From positions 10,168,001-10,232,000 of the forward strand of contig NC_134031.1 in NCBI RefSeq assembly GCF_964204645.1: a stretch of 64,000 bases of DNA, in the 5' to 3' direction. The translations under genes were made by a program, and so were the position numbers. Shown piece by piece: positions 49,592 through 63,260 of the stretch. The notes beneath the pieces are model-generated. The model was given only the letters and a program-made list of their open reading frames with translations, was not told the DNA's origin and did not search any database. Position 1 is the first letter of the stretch. Each line of letters begins with the position of its first letter. Origin of the DNA: Tubulanus polymorphus (Eukaryota > Animalia > Nemertea).

Positions 49592-50348
49592 ATGGTGGAA
49601 TTAAAAGAATACAGAATATTTGTTGATTCTAGAAGACTTACAAATTATAAATCTCATAATTTACTAGTACAATTAGATAGAGAATTCAATAATTGTGTTG
49701 ATTTAAAATTAGTAAATATAAGTTTATGTAATTCTTTTTATAATATATCAGATAAAACTTTTGAACAAAGAGGGTTTATGATTTATATGAGAAATAAAGA
49801 TAAATGGTTTCATATATTTTTAAAACCAGGATTATATAATTTAGAATCATTAGCGAAGGAAATTAATAGAAGAGCTCGGTTGAAAATCGGGGGCACTTCT
49901 GTATTTGAAATTAAATTTAATAAAATTGATAGTACTAATAAAATAAGAATAAAGATATCTTATGAACAACATAAATTTATGGTAAACAAACCACTGGCTA
50001 AAATGTAAGGAATTAAACCTCTTACATTTACTGGAAATGCAGAAGGCAGCTAAAATATAATACCTTTTACACACTTTTATATTTATTGCAATTTAATCGA
50101 GCCTACAAAAACTTTCGAAGCAACTAAAGAAACAATTTGTAGTTCTAGTATATTAAATATTTTACCGCTAAAAAATGTTAAACAATTTGGAACTCAAATA
50201 AATTATAATTTAATAGAATGTGATTTCAAACCATGCATTCCTAAATTTAATAATTTTAAATTAGAAATAAGAAATCAGAATGGATATTTAATTGATTTGA
50301 ATAACTTTCCTGTGATATATGAATTAGTTATAAGATGTAGAGAGTAAT
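49592..50348 (+). pseudogene. Probable minor capsid protein, two stops
   Basis: Homolog of 20364-21049. Confidence 0.6.
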
Positions 50349-50963
50349 TTTTTCACTATATAAATGAATATAACTGTTGGGCCGAGCATATGTTTTGGAT
50401 TTGATTTTAAACGTAAGAAAGAAATGAAATCTAACATTAATGATGTAATTACACATATTAAAAATATTGCATTTTCTAATGAAACAACATTTGAGTATGA
50501 AACAACAATAGATAAAGAAACTTAAAATGTAGAAAAGATTACTAATTTAATTAGAGAATCTTTAAGATTTTATGAATTAGATGAAGATTTTATCATCGAT
50601 GATATTAAAAAAATAATAATTGAAATATATACAAATGAAACTAGTAATGAAATAAATGTTGAAATAATCATAAATAAGTTAACTAAATATTTTGATGATA
50701 GTAATTTTTTTGATTAATAAATGAGTGATAATAAGTGGATAATAAATGGATTATAATGGAGCATTACTATCAGTTGGAACTGTCGGTTATTCAATGGTAT
50801 TAAAAAAAGTATTCAAAATGGGAAGTGTTAATGTTGATAGATTTGATATAATGATATTTTAAAATTAACGTTAGCGGTTACTTTATCTAATTTAACTATT
50901 GATTATTTAGAAAAACAAAAATATATTCCTCCCATATAAATGCATAATTTTTTTGCTAAATAA

Positions 50964-51386
50964 ATGGCTTCTGCAATTATAACTATTATAGGATCGGCAA
51001 TTGTTAACGCTTTAGCATTTACTGGTGGAGGTTATTTATTTAAGCATATTGATAAACATAGTTCATTAGGAGAACAAAGAAGACATAACTTAGCATTAGA
51101 GAAATACAATAAAGCAGCAGAAGAATATAGAGAAAAGAGGCAAAACTATATGGATTATATTAACAAGGAATTATATGATCAGAAGATTTCACATAGAGAT
51201 TTTCAATCAGTTGATGATGCAATGAGTTTATATAACGCGATAACCAATAAAGAAAAATTACATCTATACAAACCTAAATTATCAGATTATTATACCCCAA
51301 GTAAAGAACAACAGAAATATGAAATAATATGGATTTTAGGCGGAACTGTTATTGTTATATTTGCTGCTTATAAGTTTACTAATTAG
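50964..51386 (+). CDS. Membrane protein with hydrophobic N- and C-termini
   Basis: Intact 140-aa ORF. Confidence 0.75.
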   Translation: MASAIITIIGSAIVNALAFTGGGYLFKHIDKHSSLGEQRRHNLALEKYNKAAEEYREKRQNYMDYINKELYDQKISHRDFQSVDDAMSLYNAITNKEKLHLYKPKLSDYYTPSKEQQKYEIIWILGGTVIVIFAAYKFTN

Positions 51387-51405
51387 TAATTTTTTTGCTA
51401 AATAA

Positions 51406-51843
51406 ATGGAAAATAAAGTTGACAATATTGATATTATTCCTCATGATATCAGTAAAACTAAATTAAAAATATATTTAGAAAAACAAATATTAGAATTTGA
51501 AAGTGACTTAAAAGTTAAAAAGAAAAAATATTTAAAATCTAAAATTATATATTATTTGATTATAAGTGGTTCGGTTACAATTAGTTCTGTAATAACATTT
51601 CTAGCAATATTTTTACCATTAACACCTTTAGCTATATCAATTGGTGTATTAGGATTAAGTTCAAGTGTTTTAACTGGTACTTTAAATTCAAAATTAAATA
51701 TAAAAAGTAATAAAGAAAAAATAAAATCTAATATAAAAGAAATTAATAAATTAAAGAATACACTAGATTATATAATAAGTTTAAATGGCCATATAACAGT
51801 TGAAGAACAAGATAAATTATTAAAAGAATTAATAAATTATTAA
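51406..51843 (+). CDS. Two-TM coiled-coil membrane protein
   Basis: Homolog of 22010-22444. Confidence 0.75.
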   Translation: MENKVDNIDIIPHDISKTKLKIYLEKQILEFESDLKVKKKKYLKSKIIYYLIISGSVTISSVITFLAIFLPLTPLAISIGVLGLSSSVLTGTLNSKLNIKSNKEKIKSNIKEINKLKNTLDYIISLNGHITVEEQDKLLKELINY

Positions 51844-51859
51844 TTTTTTAATTATATAA

Positions 51860-53250
51860 ATGGTAGATAGTTTTCCAAAAGCTTTCCAATATAATAAATC
51901 AATTAAATATAATATTCCAGCAATAGATTTTAATAAAGATATTACATATAGAAATGAAGTTTTAGATTCATTAACTAATTTAGAAATTTATGTTACTGAA
52001 ACTAATAATTTTAATGCAAATATGGAAAATATATTTCATGTATATTTAATTAATAATTTAATTAATAATAATAATTAATTTTAAAAAATTGAAAGATGAA
52101 AAACAATGGTTATTAAAATCTAATATGAAGTATTGGCAGAACCAATTAAATTTTGCTGTTTATTGTGCAACAACAGGTTGTGGAATAAGTTGGAATGATC
52201 ATTTGAATAATTCAAAATATAAATTAATTCAAAGTTTATTTAGATTTCATACATACTTTCAAATCAGAATAATATTAAATGAATTAGAGTGCGCTTTACC
52301 AGGATCTAGATATTTTAAAGAATTAGACAATAATATTAATTTATCAAAGTTTTATAAAATTTGTAATGAATTTAATATAGATATAAATAATTCTGATTTT
52401 AGAACAAAACTTGGAACAATAAGATCACTTCCTTGCCCTAAAAAGATTGCAGAATATTGTGCACTTCCCATACCATCTAATAGGTTGTATAATATCTATA
52501 GTAATAAATTAGGTTATGGTAAAATAGAAACTAAGGATTTAGAAACATTAAATTTCAATAAATTACCGATAATTTAAAACAAGAAAACAATAATAGTTGG
52601 GTTTATTTGATTTTAGAAAATAATGAAGGTTTTACAAAATCAGGTATACAAAGAATAAATCAATCTATTAGAACTTATTTGATATGTATTTTAGGTGCGC
52701 AAGTTGAAACAAGATCCCCGATAATTGGAAATTTGAATACATCATTTGATACACAGAAACAATTCAAAGTATTATTTGAAGATTCAATTCATAATGATAA
52801 AAATAGATCGATTCCAGAAAACATTGTAAGATATCAAAATTATTTAGATAAATCACATATTAGATTAAATTATTGTATAGGCCCTAATCTATTAATTATT
52901 TCTAATGATTTAGTATTAAAGATGGGAAATATAATTGGTTATAATAATCTAATTAAAACTGCAACAATAAATAATTCATTTGGATTGAATGATATAAATA
53001 AAAAGATAATTACTGCTCCAAAATTAATGGAAGGTGAAAAAAATAAAAAACATATTCAATCAACAGAAACTAAAACTAAGAATATTAAATAGGATAATGA
53101 TTCCAAAATAAAAGATTACAATACTACAGAAAATATTAAAACTGATAATATTCAACATGATATAATTAAACTAAATGATGATAATAAATACTAAATTAGC
53201 TATAACTTGTATAGGAATTGTAATCGGAGGAATATTATATTTTAAATTTT
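51860..53250 (+). pseudogene. Conserved uncharacterised Polinton protein, fragmented
   Basis: Homolog of 22461-23850. Confidence 0.8.
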
Positions 53251-53262
53251 TTTATTATGTAA

Positions 53263-54943
53263 ATGGCAGAAGGTGGAGAAGATATTGGAATGGATACTTT
53301 TGATGAACCCGGCATAACTGAAGAACAACCACCTGATTTTAGTGAAACAAGTTTTAATGATGATAATGAGCCAGAATATAATACTAATTTAGGTGAAGAT
53401 GATGATTATGATTATGAAACGCGTAAAGAATTTAAAGAATATATGACAGCTACCGAAAGGTTAGTTATTAGAACCGCAACATCTAGAAAGGATTTAATGG
53501 AAAGATTAGTAAATGCAACTGATCCTCTTATGAAATCTCAATTAAATTAATGAAAAATAGAGTAATATATACAATTGTTAACGTATTATTACCAAAAGAT
53601 GAAATTGGTTCCGAAGGTGTTGTAGAACAAATTTTAAATGATGACCCATTTTTCATGAATAATTTAGAATTTAAAAATGATGCATGGTATTATAATGTTG
53701 AATTAAATAACAAAAATGTATCAATTCAATTATCTAGAATGGGTCAAGAAAATATTTATGAACCTGGAATGCGATCAAGATCTACAATTGAAGGTTCAAA
53801 AGGCGGTAGAGAATTTCTCAGAATTATATGGAATGCAATCGATAGAATAAATAAAGAAAAACCAATTCCTAAAATTGATTATAACAAATATTCACCATTT
53901 AAAAATCCAAATCCAAATCCTACTGATTTTGATCCAGAAATGGAAGAGAATAGAGATCGATTAGATAGATTAAGATCTTCAACACCAGAAACATCGAGAA
54001 GAGACACTCAACCAATTGATAATGATTCAAGTCAATTACTAGAAAGAACTCATTTAATAGAGCGATAGAAACAGTAAATTACTTAGAAAAACAGATAAAT
54101 AGTACTTTAGATACATCTCGTACTGGAACAAATCAAATGCACAAATCAAATGCAACTTTTATCAGAAAAAGGATTTCTTAAATTAACTGATGAAGAATTA
54201 GAAACATTTCCTGAACAAGCACGTAGAGAAATTAAAGGTATTCAAGAATCAGCTGATGTAAATGCTAATATTAATATGAGATTTTCTAAAATAACCATGT
54301 TAGAAAAAGAATTAGCTATTGCAAATGAAAAATTAGAACAATTAGAATTAAATAGAGATCTTCAAGCTGATTATGAAAGCAGAAAGTTAGCTTTAGAAAA
54401 AGAAATAGATGATTTAAAATATAACATAAAATTACAAAAAGAAGAAAGAGATATATTATTAAAATCATATGATCTTAATCATATTAAAAAATTAAAAGTT
54501 ATTTTAAAGATTTGTTGATAAAACCAGATTCTAAAATACCATTGAAAGATAGAATAAAATTATTATTTAAATTAGAAGGAATAACAATTCTTTCAATTCT
54601 AACAGCTGTAACTATGTTATTTACAACAATTGGTTTAGCAATATCAAATGCTTTGAAATCTACTCCTACACCCAATAAACCGGATAAACCCCCGAATGAT
54701 AATAATTCTATACAAGATAAAGTTAAAGATGGTTTAAAGAAATTAGTAAAATATTTATGGGAACTATCTAAAAAATCTGCTGTAGCTTTACCCGGAGTTA
54801 TTGCATCAATTGTTGGTTTTATATTGAAATCTGCAGGAAACATTATTAACTTTGCTGCTGAACATATTATTTTATTTTTAATTACAGTTGTAAGTGCAAT
54901 TATTTTTGGGTTAGTAAACATGATATCAAAAAATATCAAGTAA
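53263..54943 (+). pseudogene. Acidic/coiled-coil/TM protein, fragmented, with a divergent central region
   Basis: Termini match 23867-25309. Confidence 0.75.
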
Positions 54944-54983
54944 CCATGATAAAAAACAAATAATTAATTTTTTTGTTAAATAA

Positions 54984-56230
54984 ATGAGTGGGAGTTATAT
55001 CAATCCTTCTAAGAATCATAAAATATCTAATGCTATTAAAGCAGAAAGATCACATCATATAATTACTCATAACCCTTCTAATATTAATCCCGATGAAACT
55101 TTATATGTTAGAATTCCTCGATTAACACAAAATACTTTTTATGTTCCAAATAGTATTTATTTATCAGCCGATATAAAAGTAATCGGTAATAATAATGATT
55201 ATGTTGTCGATAATGTTGGGAGATATTTGATTAAAAAGTTAACTATAAAGATTGGTCCAGAAACAGTTTTCTCATTAGATGATTATAATTTATTTATGCA
55301 TTATAAAGATTTATGGTTAACTAAAGAAAATAGAAATAATATGATATTTCAAGGCATCCAATCAGAAAACCAAAATAAATTAAGATCAGAAGCTAATAGC
55401 GCAATATTAACTAATGCTGTAGATAAATTGATAAAAAGTATATATGGAAGCAAATATAAAATTCCATTAGACTTTGAATTGATAAATAACAATGCACCTT
55501 TATATAAATACGCAATTCAAGAAGACGTTATATTCGAAATAACATTAGCTCCTGTAAATGAAATTGTAATATCTAGCGTTAATAAAGATATGAGTTATAA
55601 ATTATCGAATATATGTTTAGAATATGATACAGTAACTGATGAAAATATTTCAAGTATAATTCAAACTCATTACAATCAAGGATTTTCATTATTATATGAT
55701 TATATTGATAAATTTAAAACTGTAACTATTAATGCAAATGATGAAATAATTAATGAGAATATTAACTTCCCAAGAAGATCTATTAAAGGTATATTAATAT
55801 TTTTACCATTGCAACATATACTAATGGCGCAATAAATGTTGATAATTATTATAATCCTGAAATAACAAAAGTAGAAATAACTATCGAAGGAATAGCAAAT
55901 AAAATATTTTGTCAAGGAATGAGAATGATTGATCAATGGCCAGAAATTAGAAAACATTTTATGAATGAAAAAGTGTAATCATCTGAAAATTGTAATATTA
56001 ATCAAATTGATTATTATACCGGTAATAAATATGCATTATGGTTAGATTTTAGAACAACAGAGGATAACTTATTACATGGTTCTGGAAAAAAACTACAGAA
56101 CACTAAAGATGGAATACAATTATTCATGACAAAGAATAAAGGAATCAAAATTTTTAAAATGCACATTTATATTATATCTGACGCGCAATTAAATATTGTA
56201 AATTCTCAATTGAATAGTGTTATGTATTAA
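54984..56230 (+). pseudogene. Major capsid protein; frameshift at ~55803 and a stop at ~55976
   Basis: Near-identical to 25330-26577. Confidence 0.8.
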
Positions 56231-56262
56231 AATTTTAACTTTAATAAAAATATATATAATAA

Positions 56263-57111
56263 ATGGAAGGAGGTAAAGTATATAAACATATTCCATACAT
56301 CGATACACATGAAAATAATGATGGTTTAAATTATGTAATACCTTGTAATATAGCTTTGATATTTGATCCTATTTTCAAAATTTATAAAACTAAACTAATA
56401 GAAATCAATAATAATAAAAGTGGTGTTGTTGATAATTTAAGTAATGTAATTGATAATAATGTAATACCTTCTACATCTAATAATGCAATACCTACTACAT
56501 CTAATAATGTAATACCTACTACATCTAATAATGTAATACCTACTACATCTAATAATGTAATACCTTCTACATATAATAATGCAATAATATTAAATGTTAG
56601 TAAAAATAGAAATTATTGTGATTATTGTAAAGGTGAATTTTCAAACGCTCCATCAAATTGGAATAAACATATGAATACAAATTCACATATTACTAATGTA
56701 ATAGATCGTGTTGGTTTAAAAGAATTTATAGAACACCCATTTAGATATGTTACAAAATTTGTTTCAAATAAAAAAGTAAATGGTAAAGAATTATATGAAG
56801 ATTTTTTATTAGCAACACCTAATAAAAATGAATTAGATTTAACTGATGCTTATGAAATATTAGGATCAAACACTGTAAATGAAATATTAGGAGCAAACAC
56901 TAATAAAGATAATAATAAAAATACAGGAAAGCGCATTGATAATAAAGATTCTATGAAACTTAAATCAGAAAATAAAGATATAGTTGAGATGCCTAATAAG
57001 TATATCAATAAACCAATTATTTATGAAGATACGGTAGAGCATTTGAATAAATTGTTAGGGTCTGATAGTGAAAGTGATTCAGAAAGTAATTATATAACAC
57101 TCAAAAAGTAA
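56263..57111 (+). CDS. Zn-finger protein with NNVIPSTS repeats (5 units)
   Basis: CDYC...HMNTNSH finger; intact 282-aa ORF. Confidence 0.7.
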   Translation: MEGGKVYKHIPYIDTHENNDGLNYVIPCNIALIFDPIFKIYKTKLIEINNNKSGVVDNLSNVIDNNVIPSTSNNAIPTTSNNVIPTTSNNVIPTTSNNVIPSTYNNAIILNVSKNRNYCDYCKGEFSNAPSNWNKHMNTNSHITNVIDRVGLKEFIEHPFRYVTKFVSNKKVNGKELYEDFLLATPNKNELDLTDAYEILGSNTVNEILGANTNKDNNKNTGKRIDNKDSMKLKSENKDIVEMPNKYINKPIIYEDTVEHLNKLLGSDSESDSESNYITLKK

Positions 57112-57495
57112 TGAAGGTTGAAAATTGTATAAAATAATAGTAAATAAAAAAGGGGGTTTTAAGTATTTAAGGTATTTAAGGTATCTAATACATATCTAAT
57201 ACATATTATTTGAAAATATCTTAAATTATATTTCTTTTTTAAATTTATATTGAAACCTCAGTAATAATAAATAACCTTTATTATTTTCAAACTTATTCAT
57301 ATATTAGTTGAAAAAATAAAAATAAATTGGTTGAAAATTGTATAAATAATATTTATTTTAAAAAAAGGGGGGTTTTAAGTATTTAAGGTATCTAATAGGG
57401 TATCAGGTATTAGGGTATCAGGTATTAGGGTATCTAATGGGGTATCAGGTATTAGGGTATCTAATAGGGTATCTAATACATAGGTATACAAATAG

Positions 57496-58106
57496 TTATT
57501 TTATAAACTTATATTCATATGGAAATTGTAGTCTCAGTAATAATTTTGAACCTTTATTATTCTTTAATTTATTCATATATTCATCATGTAACTCAGTAGG
57601 TATAATTTGATTTCCTTCCAATGATTGTTGCATAGATTTTCTATCTTTATTGTAGAATAAAACTAGAAATCTTATATTCTCCCTAAAGTCTTCAACAATT
57701 GAATTATATTTTTGATTTAAAACCCATGTTGGTATCCCGAAATGTCTCCCAGAGAAAGCTAAATAACATAACTCACTTTCTCTCACTTTGAATCATGTAA
57801 ATTTGCGCAATCATCTTCAATGAATAATGTATTTGATCCTTTATAAGTATCAATTGCTATTTTTATACAATTATCTAAATTTTCTTTTACTGTTTTAGGA
57901 TCTAATATAATAAACTTTTTCATCTTAACTATATCTCTATTATATGTTTTATTCATTTCATAAGTAGGGCAGAATAATATTATATTATCAAAATGATTCT
58001 TATAAATAGTTTCTAACAAATCTAATATGAAATGTGTTTTACCACAATTTGTTACACCAGTAACTAACATATTATGCGGTTCAAATATAAATAAATCTTT
58101 ATTCAT
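57496..58106 (-). pseudogene. Packaging ATPase of element B, frameshifted
   Basis: Walker A/B motifs; split at ~57785. Confidence 0.9.
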
Positions 58107-59155
58107 TTATTCTTTTAATTTTACTAGATAAAATCCATTCATTAAATTTATCATCATATCCTTTATATTTCACCAAAGAATACTTTTTTCCTTTAAGAGT
58201 TTTTGTTTTCAATACTTTTTCTATTTTGTATTCTATTTCCTCTGGATTTGGTACAAGTGATAATTCTTGTTCATAGAAATAACCTAATATTTCTTCATCT
58301 TTTAGATCTTCTAATTTATAAACAAATGGTTTAGTTAATATTATCTTTTTAATCTTGAATATTTCTTCTGTAAAATTTGGAGTATAACCTTTATAAAATG
58401 TTTTTCTATATTTAGATATTCTAACGTGTTGTCCAATCTTAAATTTAGGTTCACCGAAATCATGTGTAACAAATGCTCCATATAAATTATTCCAAACTAT
58501 TTCTGAATTATCTTCTTTTCTTGCTTGTATAGGTTTCATATTTATAGAACTATGTTTAGGATTATTATAACCTTTCACTAAATCATCTAATACATCGATA
58601 TATTTATATGTTTCATTAGCAGTAAAGTATTTCCACATTCTAGTTTTCAATGTTTTATTAAATCTTTCTATAATAGATGCTTTTTTATCTGAGTGTGTTG
58701 AAAAATAATCTACATCGTTATCAGATAATAGTTTTTTAAAATGTTTGTTATAAATGTTTGTTTTTTAAAATGTTTGTCATAAAATGTTATGTAATGTTTG
58801 CTATTCCAGTTTTATTTTTGATTGGAATTGACCATGCGTATCTACTGAATATGTCTATAACATTCAGTATCCAGAAATATCCTTTGTTGTATTCTTCTAA
58901 GTTCTTCATGTCAATTAAATCTGCTTGCCATTGTTGATCGATATATGAAACCATAACTTTTCTTGTTAAATAAGTTTTATCCATTTTCTTGTGGATTTGA
59001 TATGTTGGTTGATTTTGTAACCATGATTTTAATTCACTATATTTTATACCACCATTATCAGATTTAATTTTATTCCATAATTCTGAAACGTTGGAATATG
59101 ATACTTCACTTTCTGGGTTATAATATAAATCTCTTAAATATTGTTCTTTTTTCAT
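58099..59155 (-). pseudogene. Chromodomain integrase of element B, internal rearrangement at ~58740-58800
   Basis: rve and chromodomain motifs. Confidence 0.9.
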
Positions 59156-59161
59156 TTTATT

Positions 59162-59530
59162 TTAATCCATTAATAATAATTTAGATTTAGTTTCAATGGT
59201 TTCAGGATTTGACTTATTTTCTGGTATAATAGGTTTATCATCATTGGAATCATCTTTATCATCAGATTTGAATTTTGATTTATATATTACAACGGATAAT
59301 ATAATAATTGTGATTAACCCAATTGTAATATATAAGTAATTATTTCTTCCACTATTAGAAGAATCAGATGGATTGTTATTTGAATCAATATCAGATAATT
59401 TCTGTGATTCATTTATATCAGTTAATTTCTTTTTCTTAGTTCTTTTAAATTCTGCAGATCTTTTTCCCAACTCCTTTGACCACCATATTTGTTTTTCAGT
59501 TCTAGGCTTCTTCTCAATATCATCACTCAT
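59162..59530 (-). CDS. Single-TM viral protein (MSDDIE family)
   Basis: Intact; TM segment YLYITIGLITIIILSVVIY; homologs in A, C and I. Confidence 0.7.
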   Translation of the reverse strand: MSDDIEKKPRTEKQIWWSKELGKRSAEFKRTKKKKLTDINESQKLSDIDSNNNPSDSSNSGRNNYLYITIGLITIIILSVVIYKSKFKSDDKDDSNDDKPIIPENKSNPETIETKSKLLLMD

Positions 59531-59606
59531 TTATTTTAGTTAATTTTTGTTCTGATTCATTTTCTGTTTCACCGTTTGGTTGTAGTACAGCGCCATCTGT
59601 TTCATT

Positions 59607-60137
59607 CTAACCTGATTTATATTCCATAGGTTTGATATTCGAAAATGTTATTACGCCAGTAGAAATTAATGTCATAACCGATCCTAATTGAAATGAAGCA
59701 TATCCAACCCATTTTTGTAATTCAGTCATAACTAAGTAGTCATTTTTCAAATCACTATATAATTTATTTTCATCATCAATTGGTATTAACTGGTTACATA
59801 ACTTAGAATAACATTTGACAATACCATCTGAAATGGAATCATTTATTCTAGCTAATCTAGCTTCTTCATAAATCTTAAAATATTTTATTACTTTATCTGG
59901 TTTCATAGCATCTAATTCTTGAAAAGTAATAGTCTTAGTTAAAAACTCTCTACACTTTCCGCTAGCAATCAATAGTTCAAGATAATGTTTACAATTTAAA
60001 TAGTATTCATAATCAATATTGTTATTAACTTGAATATTATTTTCAATTTTGGTCGGAATATCCTTATTATCACTAATGCCCAAATCATCTAATGTCTTTT
60101 CAATATCAATACTATTCTTACTCGATTTCTTTGACAT
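59607..60137 (-). CDS. MSKKSSK-family ORF, C-terminally truncated by a stop
   Basis: Homolog of 37885-38487. Confidence 0.75.
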   Translation of the reverse strand: MSKKSSKNSIDIEKTLDDLGISDNKDIPTKIENNIQVNNNIDYEYYLNCKHYLELLIASGKCREFLTKTITFQELDAMKPDKVIKYFKIYEEARLARINDSISDGIVKCYSKLCNQLIPIDDENKLYSDLKNDYLVMTELQKWVGYASFQLGSVMTLISTGVITFSNIKPMEYKSG

Positions 60138-60447
60138 TTATATTAGAGAAAAAAAGCAAAAAAATATTATAAGTATTCTTCAAATGATACTAGCTAGTTA
60201 AAGCTAAAGTATTTCTATTCGGATCTATTCAAAATATAAAGTATTCTCTTTTTGAAAAGAAAATATTAAAAATATAATAGAATTCACTGGTTAGTTGAAG
60301 TTATGTAATTGTTTATATTTTTTATTTGAGATATATTAATCCAAAACCACTCATTAAAGACTCAACGTATTGTTCATTATTTGGATCATTGTTCCATTGA
60401 TCAATAAATTTCTTTGCCTTTGTTAACTGTTCTAAATATAACTGTAA

Positions 60448-60754
60448 ATATTCTAGTTTCAATTTATTCTCTAAATGTGTTTTAGTTTTATTGTGTCTTG
60501 CTTTTTGGGATTTATCTATACTGATATTACATGTTGGACAGTAGTACTTATTTGCTTCCATTTTAATACTAAATTTTTTATTAAAATTGATTTTAGAAGT
60601 TATTCATTTATATTTTATTCATATATATGAATATTTTAAGAGTAATAGGGAATAAGTTGTTTCATATCAAAGGTTGAAGGGGCGAGTGAGTAAAAAATAA
60701 AAATAAATTAGAGTTTGCGAGAATTTATTTTTTATTTTTTATGAGCTCGACCGT
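60448..60754 (-). repeat. Right TIR of element B (truncated hairpin)
   Basis: Reverse complement of 44962-45269. Confidence 0.92.
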
Positions 60755-61711
60755 ATTCCGAGCGATGATTTGAGATCGTCGTTAGCACCTTTCGAGTCTC
60801 GTACTGTACGCCCGAATGAGACATGCATTTTTGACGCGACCACGACGCGAGACTTTTTCGAGACGCGCCGCGAACTAAGAGAATTTAAAGATATGCTGTT
60901 AATTTTATTGACTTAGTTACATTAAATTTGAGAGTCCACGGGCTCTTATCTTATGACGATTTATATAAGTCTTATATCTTCGTCTTTTCTGAACGAGGAG
61001 AGGAGTTCCGCCGCTATTTTTCACCTCAGTGCCAATCTATTATTATTCGTCTTCATGAGAGGACCAGTTCGATCAGGGAATGTCAGCAGTAGTTAGATGG
61101 AGACCATCAATCGAGGATCCGAACCCTCAGTCCTTTATTGACTGATGGCCTTCATCCGGGGGTAGTCATGACAGTGTCATACGTAGAGAACGGTAGATGT
61201 TGGGGAGAACTAGGTCCCCAATATTCCCCCAATATTTTCGTATAACCCGATTATATTGTTTCAGGGCGAACCCTAGTAGCAAACGCCTATTTTACTTATC
61301 CAACCCTAAAAAGAAACACGCTACCCAGGAGAGAAACGCTACAAACAATTAAATTTAAGATACAAAAATGATGCGCTGTTTAGTGATGAGACACGCATCG
61401 CTCAAGTGTCTTGTTGCTTACGAACCACAGTGTTACAATGCCTAGTTTCAAAGTGAAAAAATGGTGTCATCTTTGCTATTTCTGTATTTATATCGCATCA
61501 AGCACGGACTATGATGAAGGAACCTCCGAATGAATATAATAATAAGAAAACTGAATGTTTGAGGTTTGTAAAGAGAGTTTATTTTTCACAATCGGTTTGG
61601 TGAAACTTATGGTGGCTGATAAGGGCCATAGCGTAAAATTCCTGGTATGTAAATGAGGGCGCCAGAACGCCAGAACGCCAAAACGAAAAAAAACGTCCAA
61701 TTTTCTCTGAA

Positions 61712-62575
61712 AGTTCGTTTTGGCGCGCCAAAACAAAGAAAATTCCGTTTTGGCGCCCCCGCCAAAACGAACTTTCATTTTGGCGCCCCCGCCAAAACGA
61801 ACTTTCGTTTTGGCGCCCCCGCCAAAACAACGAAAAACGTCGAAATTTCTCTAAAAGTTCGTTTTGGCGCGCCAAAACGGAGAATATTCCGTTTTGGCGC
61901 CCCCGCCAAAACGAACTTTCATTTTGGCGCCCCCGCCAAAACGAACTTTCGTTTTGGCGCCCCCGCCAAAACAACGAAAAACGTCGAAATTTCTCTAAAA
62001 GTTCGTTTTGGCGCGCCAAAACGGAGAATATTCCGTTTTGGCGCCCCCGCCAAAACGAACTTTCATTTTGGCGCCCCCGCCAAAACGAACTTTCGTTTTG
62101 GCGCCCCCGCCAAAACAACGAAAAACGTCGAAATTTCTCTAAAAGTTCGTTTTGGCGCGCCAAAACGGAGAATATTCCGTTTTGGCGCCCCCGCCAAAAC
62201 GAACTTTCATTTTGGCGCCCCCGCCAAAACGAACTTTCGTTTTGGCGCCCCCGCCAAAACAACGAAAAACGTCGAAATTTCTCTAAAAGTTCGTTTTGGC
62301 GCGCCAAAACAAAGAAAATTCCGTTTTGGCGCCCCCGCCAAAACGAACTTTCATTTTGGCGCCCCCGCCAAAACGAACTTTCGTTTTGGCGCCCCCGCCA
62401 AAACAACGAAAAACGTCGAAATTTCTCTAAAAGTTCGTTTTGGCGCGCCAAAACGGAGAATATTCCGTTTTGGCGCCCCCGCCAAAACGAACTTTCATTT
62501 TGGCGCCCCCGCCAAAACGAACTTTCGTTTTGGCGCCCCCGCCAAAACAACGAAAAGCGTCGAAATTTCTTTGAA
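61712..62575. repeat. 144-bp satellite, ~6 units, built of TTTTGGCG..CGCCAAAA palindromes
   Basis: Period 144 bp (e.g. 61861 to 62005). Confidence 0.95.
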
Positions 62576-63260
62576 AATCCGATTCGTCTCCCTTCGATTT
62601 TGTTACGAGTCGGATCTAGGTATACGTGATAATACATATCGTTGTCGATGGTGGTGGTGTATACATTAACGGACTAACGAACAGGTATGTAGCCTATTCA
62701 GGGTTAAATGCAGGGGTTGCTTTGGGTCCTCGAGAACCCCTCCCACTTGGAAAACTACTTTTCAAAGTAGACATGTTAGGCCTACATCTTAAATGTATGA
62801 GATGATCAAGTAGCGCCTAAAAACGCTTACAATTCATGACAATGGGACTAAGTTTTTAAGATTTCTCGGGATGACCAGCAGAGCACCACCGTACCCCCTC
62901 GACCCCCACTCCTTAAAAAATGCTGGATCAGCCCCTGGTATCATTTAAATCCTATACATTGCCTCGCATTGCTTAGCTCACATAGGCCTATTCATAAACT
63001 TTGTTCTTTAATATGCCAATATATTTTAAAAATCGATTGATTTTCGGCCGCTGAAAACATATTAAAAAAACCGAAGTCGTTCTCTGGTATGCGCAGGCAA
63101 TATAACACGTACTGGTAGTATTCTAAGTTTTCGACGTGAGCCGTTTCTCTCGTACTGCCTAATCATTGTAAGCGCCGATTATTTTGCTCGGTCTGCATTA
63201 GTGAAAACTAATGAATTATAATCATTCAATGGCGTTAATTCGTAAATGTCTTCTTTACAG

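Larger units (their letters stand above)
44925..60754 (+). mobile_element. Polinton/Maverick element B, near complete; outermost 37 bp of right TIR missing
   Basis: TIRs at 44925-45269 and 60448-60754; pPolB, capsid module, ATPase, integrase. Confidence 0.93.

Noticed and set aside
61712-62575. CRISPR-like array of palindromic repeats
   Set aside because: The intervening sequences repeat rather than being unique spacers; no cas genes; eukaryotic context.
61579-62669. 338-aa and 352-aa ORFs on opposite strands
   Set aside because: By-products of a stop-free 144-bp satellite; no evidence of coding function.
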